Origin: a virus
Reading direction: 5' to 3' (one strand)
Length of the DNA: 64,000 nucleotides
IMG/VR virus record: IMGVR_UViG_3300030685_000017
Coordinates: 60,608-124,607 of that record
Below, piece after piece: positions 1-9,468 of the stretch. Numbering within the stretch: the stretch's first letter is position 1; the number at the start of each line of letters is the position of its first letter. The notes below the pieces were generated by a model. The model was not told the DNA's origin and did no database searches. It was given only the letters and a program-made list of their open reading frames with translations. The position numbers were made by a program, and so were the translations under genes.

Positions 1-2
1 AA

Positions 3-551
3 ACTAAATTTAAAAAAGCTTTCGGATCTTGTTCTGATATATCTTATCTTGCACCAGCGGTAGGACTTGCGGCAGTAAATTTCAGTTGTGCTTATTATAA
101 TCCTCATACGGATGATGAATATGTACTTTTGGAAGAGTTGGAAGAAAATATAGAGGAAATTAAAAAACTTCTTACCATATCAGAAACCTGTGGCGCATAT
201 GATTATATAGAAAAAACTTATAATTATGCCGGTGGTAAAGGTTATACAAATAATTATCATAATTATAATGCAGATGATGCTTATGATGCTGAAGAGGATT
301 ATGCTAAAAGTTATTTCAAACCTGTTAAAGCTACAAAGAAAGATAAAAAGTCTTCTGTTATAAATAAATCAAAACCGAAATCTATTCCTGCGGACACTTT
401 AGATATCACTATGGAAGTAATATTTTTTCGTTCTGGTATTGAAACCACTACAGAAGTATCTGGATTCACTAAAGCAGAACTTTGGTTTAATTTTTTCATG
501 GATAATCCAGATATCTGTTATAACGATGTCTCAGATTACAGTATTTTTTAA
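3..551 (+). CDS. C-terminal part of a probable M20/M28-type zinc metallopeptidase (truncated by window edge)
   Basis: Frame is open from position 3: ...GSCSDISYLAPAVGLAAVNFSCAYYNPHTDDEY..., matching the SD...N.S.GYYN.HT..E ending of phage M28-like peptidases. Confidence 0.6.
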   Translation, partial: TKFKKAFGSCSDISYLAPAVGLAAVNFSCAYYNPHTDDEYVLLEELEENIEEIKKLLTISETCGAYDYIEKTYNYAGGKGYTNNYHNYNADDAYDAEEDYAKSYFKPVKATKKDKKSSVINKSKPKSIPADTLDITMEVIFFRSGIETTTEVSGFTKAELWFNFFMDNPDICYNDVSDYSIF

Positions 552-566
552 GAAAGAGGTGATATA

Positions 567-620
567 ATGGGTGGAGATAAAACAGTAGGTGGCTATATTT
601 CTGACATTGATCGTGGTTAA
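567..620 (+). CDS. putative 17-aa peptide MGGDKTVGGYISDIDRG
   Basis: SD-like AAGAGGTG upstream, ATG 567, TAA 618-620. Confidence 0.35.
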   Translation: MGGDKTVGGYISDIDRG

Positions 621-653
621 ATAATGTATCACAAACATTGTTAAAATTGGAGT

Positions 654-718
654 ACTTAGTTGGTCTAAATGGAAGGACGCTTATGCGTAGAAACGTGAGT
701 TCGATTCTCACACTGAGA
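654..718 (+). ncRNA. tRNA-like element with collapsed anticodon arm
   Basis: Acceptor CTTAGT/ACTGAG, D-arm GTCT-AAATGGAA-GGAC, T-arm GTGAG-TTCGATT-CTCAC; only ~16 nt between D and T arms. Confidence 0.6.
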
Positions 719-735
719 TTATTGGAGGTATATAA

Positions 736-1071
736 ATGAGACAATTTAAAGTTGGACAAAAAATTAAAATTAAAAAATTAGAAGAATTAAAAAAGTATGG
801 TGAAATAGACTGTGATGGTAATTTACGTTTTTATGATAGTGAATGTTATTTTATACGGAAAGATGAATATAAAGCAATAAAAAATAAATATATGACCATT
901 ACAGATATTCATTATGGTATAAAACAGAAGGGACTTCAATATTTAGGTTTTAACGCAGAAAAAGAATATGATGGATTTTTAACAAATGAAATGGTAACAA
1001 CATCAACAAGTGAAAGTCCTTTCTTTATGACTTTCAAAGATATTATACTGAGAATAGATAATGAAAAGTGA
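736..1071 (+). CDS. small hypothetical protein, FKVG-type N-terminus (family A-like), C-terminal FxTFK tag
   Basis: ORF with SD GGAGG; MRQFKVGQKIKIK...; ends FMTFKDIILRIDNEK. Confidence 0.8.
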   Translation: MRQFKVGQKIKIKKLEELKKYGEIDCDGNLRFYDSECYFIRKDEYKAIKNKYMTITDIHYGIKQKGLQYLGFNAEKEYDGFLTNEMVTTSTSESPFFMTFKDIILRIDNEK

Positions 1072-1390
1072 TATGAATAAATTTATAGAGCGTAAAGATG
1101 ATATTGAAATACTTGTTACAACAAAAGATCAAGCAAGAATTGTTTGTAAATTTATGAAAAGATTAGGTTGGACATGGGAACACGGAACATCATATAATAA
1201 TACTTATTGGTCTGAATGTATTTCAAGGGTGTATTATGATAATCATGGGGGCGCACATACCGTTCCACATAGTTTGTCAAAAACCACTATTTCGTTTCAA
1301 GAATTTATAGAATTTTTAATATTTTCTAAACATAAGAATTTTTTAACTTTTAAAGAGAAAGAAGAATATACAAATTTTATAAATAGTTAA
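1061..1390 (+). CDS. small hypothetical protein (family B), C-terminal FxTFK tag
   Basis: ORF overlapping previous stop; ends FLTFKEKEEYTNFINS. Confidence 0.8.
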   Translation: MKSDMNKFIERKDDIEILVTTKDQARIVCKFMKRLGWTWEHGTSYNNTYWSECISRVYYDNHGGAHTVPHSLSKTTISFQEFIEFLIFSKHKNFLTFKEKEEYTNFINS

Positions 1391-1414
1391 TATAATTAGA
1401 CAGGAGAGACTACA

Positions 1415-2308
1415 ATGAAATATATAGAAAGATTAAATTATAACAATAAAATAACCATTAAATTAGTGATACCAAGTTCATGTAATGCTCATTGTCAATT
1501 TTGTTATATGAATGATTATAAAGATATAATGAAAAATAATCAACAAGAATTTTTAAATCATTTTATTGATTCTTTGAATTATCTATTAAAAAAGATCAAT
1601 AATAAAGATTCTGTGTCTTTAGATATTACTGGAAATGAACCTACATTTGATATAGAATTATTAATAAAAGTATTAAATATGTTGAAGCAATATAATATTC
1701 AAGATAAAGTTTCTAGGGTTACATTTACAACAAATGGATTTAATCTATTAAAAGTAATTCCATATTTTAAAAATGTGATTAATTATGTTAATATTTCAAT
1801 GCATCATTATAATCAGGAAGAAAGAAATAAAATATTCAAAACGAATACTCCTTCCAATTATGATTATAAATTAATGGTAGATAAATTAGCAGATATTGGA
1901 ATAAAAACATCTTCTACCTGTGTAACATATAAATCTATTGAAAATTTTAAAAAGTTTATGAATATTTATATATCTTTTTGTAAAGAAATTGGTTTTGTTT
2001 CTGTTAGATTTAGGGATAATGTTTTTTGGAAAGATAGTCAATTTGATATTTATATGAATTTAGCTTTGAATGATGATCAATTTGAAGTTATTCAGTGTGA
2101 GAATACTTCCGATAGTAAATGGTGCAGACTTAAAATGAAAGATAAATTTAGAGTCTTTTTTTTACATGGAGTAAAAGATACTTCTTCTGTAAGTAAAGGA
2201 ATAGAATATGTAATTGCAGATGATGGAAAATGTTATACTGATTTTTATAAAAAAGAATCGATAGAAAATTATAAATTGTTAATTGGTAAAATATACGATA
2301 TTAAGTGA
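1415..2308 (+). CDS. radical SAM domain protein
   Basis: CxxxCxxC (CNAHCQFC), TGNEPT (GGEP-like) and TTNG motifs. Confidence 0.85.
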   Translation: MKYIERLNYNNKITIKLVIPSSCNAHCQFCYMNDYKDIMKNNQQEFLNHFIDSLNYLLKKINNKDSVSLDITGNEPTFDIELLIKVLNMLKQYNIQDKVSRVTFTTNGFNLLKVIPYFKNVINYVNISMHHYNQEERNKIFKTNTPSNYDYKLMVDKLADIGIKTSSTCVTYKSIENFKKFMNIYISFCKEIGFVSVRFRDNVFWKDSQFDIYMNLALNDDQFEVIQCENTSDSKWCRLKMKDKFRVFFLHGVKDTSSVSKGIEYVIADDGKCYTDFYKKESIENYKLLIGKIYDIK

Positions 2309-2323
2309 ATGGAGATATAAAAT

Positions 2324-2581
2324 ATGTATAAAAAATTACAATTGATTAAAAATATATATGTAATAGATGCACAAGAAGAAGAAACAGATTTAATGATTTA
2401 CGGAAATATTTCTTTTAAAAGACAAAATCGTAATCATTTTACATTTGTAGTTGGACAAACATATGATTATAAATCAGTTGAGAATGGTATCATTATTTTT
2501 TCAGATAATCAAAGAAATGATAATGAATTTAAAATTTTGATTCCACAAAAACGAATATTACAGTATGTTTGTGTAAATTAA
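2324..2581 (+). CDS. hypothetical protein
   Basis: ORF with SD GGAG. Confidence 0.65.
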   Translation: MYKKLQLIKNIYVIDAQEEETDLMIYGNISFKRQNRNHFTFVVGQTYDYKSVENGIIIFSDNQRNDNEFKILIPQKRILQYVCVN

Positions 2582-2599
2582 AAAAAAGGATGAATTATT

Positions 2600-2839
2600 A
2601 TGACAAAAAGACAAAATGAAAATTTGGATAATTGTTCAAAAGAACAATTAATTAATATAATTAAACAAATGTATTCTAATGAATTTTCGATTTCTGAAAT
2701 TTTAATAGATGCTTCTAAACAACATATAGATAATGATGTGGCTTTAGAAAAAATAAGACTACATTTATACAATAATAGTTTTGATTTTTCTATTTCTATA
2801 CCAGAACAAATCAAATATTTTTTAAAGATAAGGAAATAA
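2600..2839 (+). CDS. hypothetical protein
   Basis: ORF with SD AAGGA. Confidence 0.65.
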   Translation: MTKRQNENLDNCSKEQLINIIKQMYSNEFSISEILIDASKQHIDNDVALEKIRLHLYNNSFDFSISIPEQIKYFLKIRK

Positions 2840-2843
2840 TATT

Positions 2844-3161
2844 ATGATAAATCCATCTAATACTTATTTTTTTAAAGAAGGAGATATGGTAACTATAAAA
2901 TCATGGTCAGAGATGGAAAAAGAATATGGAACTTTTTTTGGGAATATTTGTACACCTTGTCGTTTTAGGCGGGATATGGAATCTTTATGTGGGTATAGTT
3001 TTATAATAAAGGGTATCACAAATTCGCATAGTAATAGATTTGGAAAATATCAAACATTTTTGTTTAAACGTCGTTATTTTATTGATAATTGGATGCTTAA
3101 ACCGTATAAAAGAACAGAATTTATGACATTTAAAGAAAAGTTAAAGGTGGAATTATTATGA
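2844..3161 (+). CDS. family A small protein (FK.GD.V.IKSW.EM.KEYG), C-terminal tag
   Basis: Paralog of 3158, 8811, 13406, 14041, 14366; ends FMTFKEKLKVELL. Confidence 0.8.
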   Translation: MINPSNTYFFKEGDMVTIKSWSEMEKEYGTFFGNICTPCRFRRDMESLCGYSFIIKGITNSHSNRFGKYQTFLFKRRYFIDNWMLKPYKRTEFMTFKEKLKVELL

Positions 3162-3475
3162 CATATCATTTTAAAATAGGACAGGAAGTTCAGTTTAAAA
3201 GTTGGGAAGAAATGAAAAAAGAATACGGATTAGATGAAGATGAAGATGGAGATATAAAGACACCGATGTGTTTTTGTACAAGAATGAAACATTTTTGCGG
3301 AACGAGCGACATAGTAGAAGAAATTAAGGAATATGAAGATGATTATGGAGGATTTTATCAAAAAATTGTACTTAGTTACTTTAAAAGTAATAGTTTTGAT
3401 AATTACATGTTTAAACCAAAAATAACTATTCAAAATTTATCTTTTCAAACATTAAAAAATAGAATGAAGAACTGA
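3158..3475 (+). CDS. family A small protein, C-terminal tag
   Basis: MTYHFKIGQEVQFKSWEEMKKEYG...; ends FQTLKNRMKN. Confidence 0.8.
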   Translation: MTYHFKIGQEVQFKSWEEMKKEYGLDEDEDGDIKTPMCFCTRMKHFCGTSDIVEEIKEYEDDYGGFYQKIVLSYFKSNSFDNYMFKPKITIQNLSFQTLKNRMKN

Positions 3476-3509
3476 AATTAATGTTGGTTAAATAGAAAGG
3501 AATAAAATT

Positions 3510-4034
3510 ATGAGTGATTGGACATATATAAGTGGTGTATTAACAGTTTCTCCCATGGGAATAACGCAAGCTGAAAAAAGATATGTTCTTGATACTGTAT
3601 TAGCTCATTTACCACTTGTCACAGGTAGTGAAAGAGATATGAATATGTATGTAATTCTAAAAAGGGGAGAGAATTCATCGTGTACTGTTGATGAGTTTGG
3701 AGAAAGTACAAACAATTTAACAGATAGTTATGAAGGTCATAATCGTAAAAATGGATGGTTAAGAACACAAGATGAATATCTTTTAGTCGTAAACGGAAGT
3801 TTCAGAGATAGGGTATTCAACGAAACTTTACGTGAATTTAATAAATGGATTTGTAGATTAGCTAAAAGAATTTCTGTTGAAGAAGTTCTTGTAGAAGTTA
3901 AGGGTTATAATGAAAATATTATAATAAAAAATGATCATCAAATTTATACAGAAATGTTTGAATATCCGAGTTGGTGTGATAAAAAATCAAAAAATTGGTG
4001 CGAATATTTACTGTGGGAAAAAGTGGAGGAGTAA
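3510..4034 (+). CDS. hypothetical phage protein
   Basis: 174-aa ORF with SD GAAAGG. Confidence 0.75.
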   Translation: MSDWTYISGVLTVSPMGITQAEKRYVLDTVLAHLPLVTGSERDMNMYVILKRGENSSCTVDEFGESTNNLTDSYEGHNRKNGWLRTQDEYLLVVNGSFRDRVFNETLREFNKWICRLAKRISVEEVLVEVKGYNENIIIKNDHQIYTEMFEYPSWCDKKSKNWCEYLLWEKVEE

Positions 4035-4035
4035 T

Positions 4036-4257
4036 ATGGATAATTTATTTATTAAAAAAGAAGATGGATCGTATATTATGACACCTTTAAATAAGCAGTT
4101 AAATAGAAAAGCAGGAGAAACGATAGAATTATTATTTGATGTATTATTAGACAGCGGAATTACTAATGTAGAAGCTAAATATGTTATTGATATGGTTACA
4201 GAAGAAGTAATGCTTAATAAAATACTTAATTTACACCCCATATTAAGATCAATCTAG
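4036..4257 (+). CDS. hypothetical protein (start MDNLF, downstream of the ORF-track start)
   Basis: GGAGGAG SD precedes ATG at 4036. Confidence 0.6.
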   Translation: MDNLFIKKEDGSYIMTPLNKQLNRKAGETIELLFDVLLDSGITNVEAKYVIDMVTEEVMLNKILNLHPILRSI

Positions 4258-4342
4258 GTATTATATTACTTATATATGCTTTTCTATGGGTATGTAACGA
4301 ATAAATTTAATATGAAACTACACTTTCAAAAAAGGAGAAAAT

Positions 4343-4678
4343 ATGCTTAAAATTATTTACGAAGAAGGAGGTACAGCTTTTTCTGATTTCGGTTTACTAC
4401 AACAGGCAAAAAGTATTATAACACATTATCGTGAAAATTCAAATGAAGTATGTACAGTAAAAGTATCAACAGAAGATATACTTGATGCATTAAGATTATG
4501 TGTATTAAAAGGAGATATAAGTTATTCTGAAATTTGTTTTATAATAAATGGAGAGGTAATAGAAATAGATGCAAAGGCAAATTATACAAGATTACCTTCT
4601 ATGGCATTTGATAATATAAGCGATATACTTCGTGAAATAAGAGAATTAAGAAAGGGTAAGAATGGCTTCTCAAAATAA
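4343..4678 (+). CDS. hypothetical protein
   Basis: ORF with SD AAGGAG. Confidence 0.7.
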   Translation: MLKIIYEEGGTAFSDFGLLQQAKSIITHYRENSNEVCTVKVSTEDILDALRLCVLKGDISYSEICFIINGEVIEIDAKANYTRLPSMAFDNISDILREIRELRKGKNGFSK

Positions 4679-4797
4679 AAAGAATAAAGCAAAGAATAGT
4701 TATATCACTAATGGGTATGATAAAAAAGATGGGAAATGGAAACGATATGCTTATTTTACAAAGAGAAATAGAAGTAATATAAAAATGGAGACAAATT

Positions 4798-5043
4798 ATG
4801 ACGTTTAAAGAAGTAAGTAGGGTTGAATGGGAAACATCACGTAAAGTAAATGGTAAGTATGAAACGGATGGGAGAACAGTTGGATCAAATTAGGATTCTT
4901 TTGGCATTATAGTAGAAAATATTTTATATCACGAACCAGAAAAAGAATGTCCTTATAATTTTTGTGATCTAATTTTATCTAACGAAGTTATTATTAGGGA
5001 ATTTGATATAAAACAAGTAACATTCAACACTAAGAAAGGGTAA
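4798..5043 (+). pseudogene. hypothetical gene interrupted by one in-frame TAG (4891-4893)
   Basis: SD GGAG, ATG 4798; frame stays open after TAG to TAA 5041-5043, next to the following gene's SD. Confidence 0.5.
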
Positions 5044-5045
5044 TT

Positions 5046-5456
5046 ATGAAAAAAATAATATCTATTATTTTATTAATAAATATAATAGTAAGTTTGACAG
5101 GATGTGGAGGAAAAGTAGAAACTAGAAATATCAAAAGTTGTGTGTTAGATAAGCAGACGACCAATAGTTCTAGTGGTACTTTTATCTTGGGCATGGGTGT
5201 TTTTAGTTCGGATACAGATATTACTACAAAATATTATATGTATATTAAAAGTGATGAAGGTTACAGACTGCAAGAAATAGATAGTGAATATTTACAAATA
5301 GTGGAGACAGATAAACGAACTCCTAGCATTAAAGGATATTTTTCTAGTGACGATGGAGTATCAGGTGGAATAATTTATGGTGGACAGTATACGGTGTATG
5401 TTCCTACCGGGACGATCACACAAGAGTATAAAACTAAAATTAATACTGAAAAGTAA
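5046..5456 (+). CDS. putative lipoprotein
   Basis: MKK + hydrophobic stretch + lipobox LTGC. Confidence 0.75.
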   Translation: MKKIISIILLINIIVSLTGCGGKVETRNIKSCVLDKQTTNSSSGTFILGMGVFSSDTDITTKYYMYIKSDEGYRLQEIDSEYLQIVETDKRTPSIKGYFSSDDGVSGGIIYGGQYTVYVPTGTITQEYKTKINTEK

Positions 5457-5511
5457 AAAATACGAATGAAACATAGATTTCATCCGATCTTAAAGAATAG
5501 AGAATGGAGAA

Positions 5512-5943
5512 TTGATTATGGATACCGTGAGAATGTGGCTATGTACAGGCATTAAAAATAAAGCAGATGAAAAAATGTTTACACTGAATGAAATCTACAT
5601 TTCAGACGATCAAGGTTTTTGTATTACAGATAATAAAGGACAGTCTCAACTGGGGGAATATATGTCTGTTGGTCAAATTACAGATTATTATCAAATAGAT
5701 TTTATACAGATTTCTCCATACCTCAGTTGTCCTATTTGTGGACATCAAATGTATATTGTAAATAAGCAAGGTCATATGAAAAAAAGGATATATTGTGATA
5801 TGTGTAAAAAAGCAAAGAATAAATATATATGTTATACTTGGGATGATATTAATCAAGGATATAAATGGTATGACGCTAGTATTTATACATATAGAACTAT
5901 ATTTCTTTACTTAATTGATGGATCAATATTTGAAGGTAAATAA
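5512..5943 (+). CDS. hypothetical protein with zinc-ribbon motifs
   Basis: CPICG...CDMC. Confidence 0.6.
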   Translation: MIMDTVRMWLCTGIKNKADEKMFTLNEIYISDDQGFCITDNKGQSQLGEYMSVGQITDYYQIDFIQISPYLSCPICGHQMYIVNKQGHMKKRIYCDMCKKAKNKYICYTWDDINQGYKWYDASIYTYRTIFLYLIDGSIFEGK

Positions 5944-5945
5944 TT

Positions 5946-6260
5946 GTGAATATAAATAATTTTTGTCGTTCAAAAGATAAAATGGCTGTAAAATGTGATA
6001 GTTTAGCAGAAGTAAAAGAGTTATTTATTATATTTCAGAAATATCATTTAGAATGGGCTAATGGTACTGTATATAATCCAAATTATTCTTTTATATATAA
6101 AGATGATTATGAGAATATATTTTTTACAAATAAAGGTACTACAGTACATTTATTCTATGCTCAAATGAATAATATTAATTTATATACTTTTAAGCAATTA
6201 AAAAATATTTCTCAGGATTTTTTGATTATTGCGGAAAGGAATTTAATATATGAAAACTAA
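5946..6260 (+). CDS. family B small protein, degenerate C-terminal tag
   Basis: MAVKCDS..EVKEL...W.NGT.Y similar to 1061 and 9110; ends DFLIIAERNLIYEN. Confidence 0.75.
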   Translation: MNINNFCRSKDKMAVKCDSLAEVKELFIIFQKYHLEWANGTVYNPNYSFIYKDDYENIFFTNKGTTVHLFYAQMNNINLYTFKQLKNISQDFLIIAERNLIYEN

Positions 6261-6501
6261 TATTTTTCATGTTGGTGATATTGTCACAGGAAGCAAGGAT
6301 AGTCTATATGGATTAACAAATCAATTTATGTTAGCGGGTGAGATTATACGTATTTGGGATGATGGATATATAACAATTCGATATTTAAAAGGAAGAGATC
6401 AAAAATGCATAAACCATGTGTATACTGTATGTTCACATGAATTTGTTCTGGTTAAATCAAAATCAATTGAATTTTTAACTTTTTCTGATAGAATTAAATA
6501 A
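6250..6501 (+). CDS. family D small protein, C-terminal tag
   Basis: FHVGDIV...TNQFM..G.I similar to 9469 and 9796; ends FLTFSDRIK. Confidence 0.75.
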   Translation: MKTNIFHVGDIVTGSKDSLYGLTNQFMLAGEIIRIWDDGYITIRYLKGRDQKCINHVYTVCSHEFVLVKSKSIEFLTFSDRIK

Positions 6502-6517
6502 TAAATATAATTATTCT

Positions 6518-6601
6518 GCGGACATGGCGTAATTGGCAGACGCAATGGACTTAAAATCCATTGTCCTTTTGGGCGTGAGGGTTCAAGTCCCTTTGTCCGC
6601 A
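6518..6601 (+). tRNA. tRNA-Leu (anticodon TAA)
   Basis: GCGGACA/TGTCCGC acceptor, ATGGA-CTTAAAA-TCCAT anticodon arm, long variable arm, GGTTCAAGTCC T-arm; CCA not encoded. Confidence 0.95.
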
Positions 6602-6624
6602 TAAAATATTTAAAGGAGGAATAA

Positions 6625-6948
6625 ATGAGAATGGAATTTTTTATTATGTTATCACAAGAAAAACAAATATATACTATAATTGCAACAGAAAGACAATTAA
6701 AAATTTTTATGATTTATTTTAAACGATACGTAAAAAACGATGAAAGCTTTTATAAAAGTTATTTTGATTCAGCTTGTGATTTATTAAGACGGGGTAAACG
6801 AGTGGGATTATGTTATTTTTGTGTTGCTAATGCTTCCAGTTTTATAGGAACTACTTTTACACGTTATTTTATAAATGAATTATATGCTTCTAATAGTCAT
6901 AATATTTTCTTAACCTTTAAAGAAAGGCGGTTATACGATGACAAATGA
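6625..6948 (+). CDS. family C small protein, C-terminal tag
   Basis: Tandem paralog of 6938..7252 (YTII.TE.QLK.FM.YFK.Y); ends FLTFKERRLYDDK. Confidence 0.8.
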   Translation: MRMEFFIMLSQEKQIYTIIATERQLKIFMIYFKRYVKNDESFYKSYFDSACDLLRRGKRVGLCYFCVANASSFIGTTFTRYFINELYASNSHNIFLTFKERRLYDDK

Positions 6949-7252
6949 TTTTTTTGTATTATTAGGACAGTCAAAACCTGTCTATACAATTATTAAAACA
7001 GAAGATCAATTAAAATTATTTATGTTTTATTTTAAAAAATATACACATCAGGATGAATGTTTTTATAGGGACTATTTTAAAGTCGCAAAATTTTTAATAC
7101 ACGAATATGGAAAAGTGGGTGCATGTAGCTATTGTGCTATATTAGTTGAAGGGTATGGAAGTAGTTATAAATATTATGATATAACAGAAGTGTTATCTTC
7201 TATTAATATGCATGCCTCATTTTTAACTTTTAAACAAAGAGTACAAAAATAA
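6938..7252 (+). CDS. family C small protein, C-terminal tag
   Basis: Ends FLTFKQRVQK. Confidence 0.8.
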   Translation: MTNDFFVLLGQSKPVYTIIKTEDQLKLFMFYFKKYTHQDECFYRDYFKVAKFLIHEYGKVGACSYCAILVEGYGSSYKYYDITEVLSSINMHASFLTFKQRVQK

Positions 7253-7289
7253 CTATAAAATTATAAATTATATAGATAGGAGAAATATT

Positions 7290-8420
7290 ATGGAAATAAA
7301 AGGAAAATATAATACCGCAAAAATATTTACCGATAATATAGATACAGAAACAATTTCAGAAGTGATGAATTTACTGAATCAAGAATCGGTTAAAAAGCAA
7401 AAAATAAGAATAATGCCTGATTGCCATGCGGGGGCAGGGTGCATAATAGGTACAACCATGACAATTATGGATAAGGTTATACCAAATATTGTTGGGGTAG
7501 ATATCGGATGTGGTATGTATGCAATTCAATTAGAAGAAACAGAAATTGATTTACCTCTCCTTGATGATATTATTAATAAGTATATACCTTGTGGCTTTAA
7601 AATACATGAACATTCTGTATTTACATCTAATGTTAAAGATATTAAAGCACCTGTAGATACACAAAAAGCTTTACGATCTCTTGGAACTCTTGGTGGTGGA
7701 AATCATTTTATAGAAGTAGATCGTGATTCGATTGGGAATTTGTGGCTTGTAATACATACTGGTTCCAGACATTTGGGACTTGAAGTATGTAATTATTATC
7801 AAGATTTAGGTTGGTTACAAATTAAAAATGATAATATTAAAAGTAAAATTAATGAAACTATAAATCGGATAAAGATCATGGGGAAAGAAAAAGATATGGA
7901 AAATACTATTAAAATTTTAAGAATGCAAAAATCTCCTATTCCTAAAGAACTCTGTTATATTAAAGAGGATACCTTTTTAGATTATCTACGTGATATTGAT
8001 ATTACACAATATCATGCAAAACGCAATAGAGAAGGCATAGCAGATATAATCATTGATCATATGAATTTTCATATAAAAGATAGTTTTCATACAATACATA
8101 ATTATATAGATACTTATAATATGATATTAAGAAAAGGTGCTGTTTCTGCTAAAAAGAAGAGAGACTTATTATTCCAATGAACATGAGAGACGGATCTCTT
8201 ATTTGTATAGGAAAGGGAAATGAAGACTGGAATTTTTCAGCTCCACATGGAGCAGGAAGAATAATGTCTAGGTCTGTGGCAAAAGAAACAATATTAGAAT
8301 CTGACTTTGAAAAGTCTATGGATGGTATATAAACCAATTCAAGAGATAATTGATAACATTAAAGATACTGTAGATATAATAGATATTATTAAGCCTATAT
8401 ACAACTTTAAGGTTCATTAA
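7290..8420 (+). pseudogene. rtcB: RtcB RNA ligase, disrupted (frameshift ~8155 and deletion/frameshift ~8330)
   Basis: MPDCHAG, GVDIGCG, LGTLGGGNHFIE, HTGSR, HNY, RKGA in first frame; IIPMNMRDG...SAPHGAGR in second frame; YKP...KPIYNFK in third. Confidence 0.9.
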
Positions 8421-8449
8421 ATATATGATAATGAAACGGAGATTTTATA

Positions 8450-8808
8450 ATGAAAAGAATTGTTAAAGAATTTATTCAAGATAATACTATTACTATTCGT
8501 ACTCAGACAAGAGAAGATTTATTAGAATTAAAAGATTTTCTATATCAATTAAAGAATTATGATGAAACAATTCTAATATTTTCATATTTTTTAATGATGA
8601 TAATAAATATATAACAACTTATAAAACAAATACATTATTTTTTTATTTTGTACATTCTGCAACACGTTTTAGACGTGTTCTTATGTCTAAAGGAGAAAGT
8701 AATTATACCGCAAATGTTAGACGTACTTATACATGGAAACAATTTAAGAAAAAATTAATTATAAATAAAGATTTTAATACATTTAAAGAAATGCAAAGTG
8801 AGGTATAA
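8450..8808 (+). pseudogene. family B-like small gene with frameshifts in T-runs, C-terminal tag
   Basis: MKRIVKEFIQDNTITIRTQT (cf. 9110 MKQILKDFL...IAIRCKT); last frame ends DFNTFKEMQSEV. Confidence 0.6.
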
Positions 8809-8810
8809 TT

Positions 8811-9104
8811 ATGACATATCGTTTTAAAGTGGGAGATGAAGTTCAGTTTAAAAGTTGGGAAGAAATGAAAAAAGAATACGGAGTAGATTGTTTCGCTAAT
8901 ATTGCTACTCCTAGTAGTTTTGTAACGGATATGAAACCTTATTGCGGTAAAGTATGTAAAATAATAAAAGTATGTGATTATGATTCTTTTCAAAGATTAC
9001 TGATTATAGGTGTAGATACTAGTTATAATCTGGATAATTATATGTTTAAATTAGTTCATATAAATTCATCTTTTTTAACTTTTAAAGAAAGGGAGCTTAA
9101 ATAA
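8811..9104 (+). CDS. family A small protein, C-terminal tag
   Basis: Ends FLTFKERELK. Confidence 0.8.
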   Translation: MTYRFKVGDEVQFKSWEEMKKEYGVDCFANIATPSSFVTDMKPYCGKVCKIIKVCDYDSFQRLLIIGVDTSYNLDNYMFKLVHINSSFLTFKERELK

Positions 9105-9109
9105 AAAAT

Positions 9110-9451
9110 ATGAAACAGATTTTAAAAGATTTTTTACATGACTCACGTAATAATAATATAGCTATTCGTTGTAAAACAAAAGTAGAAGTAAGAAGCTTAT
9201 GTATTTTTTTAGATGATATGCATTTTCCAAGTCATGTTAGGAATACTTATTTATATTTATATGAGCATAATTTTAATTTTAATATGTGTCCATTAGATAT
9301 AGGAAATGATGGAGGTTGGGATACCGTAAAGGAGAATGGTTTATCAAGTTATAATAGAGATAATTATGATATTCATTTATATAAAAGTATTTTTTATGCT
9401 GAAGATAAAGAGTTTCAAACATTTAGAGATAGAATAGAATCGCTTAAATAA
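9110..9451 (+). CDS. family B small protein, C-terminal tag
   Basis: Ends FQTFRDRIESLK. Confidence 0.8.
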   Translation: MKQILKDFLHDSRNNNIAIRCKTKVEVRSLCIFLDDMHFPSHVRNTYLYLYEHNFNFNMCPLDIGNDGGWDTVKENGLSSYNRDNYDIHLYKSIFYAEDKEFQTFRDRIESLK

Positions 9452-9468
9452 AGAAAGGGTATAATATT

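Noticed and set aside
567-620. Arbitrium (AimP) peptide, given the RG ending and SPbeta-like context
   Set aside because: No signal peptide and no adjacent TPR/RRNPP receptor gene.
4792-4815. ATTATGACGTTTAAAGAAG (MTFKE) resembling the C-terminal tag, but at a gene start
   Set aside because: It lacks the first Phe and is a single instance. Kept only as a caveat that a DNA-level explanation of the tag is not fully excluded.
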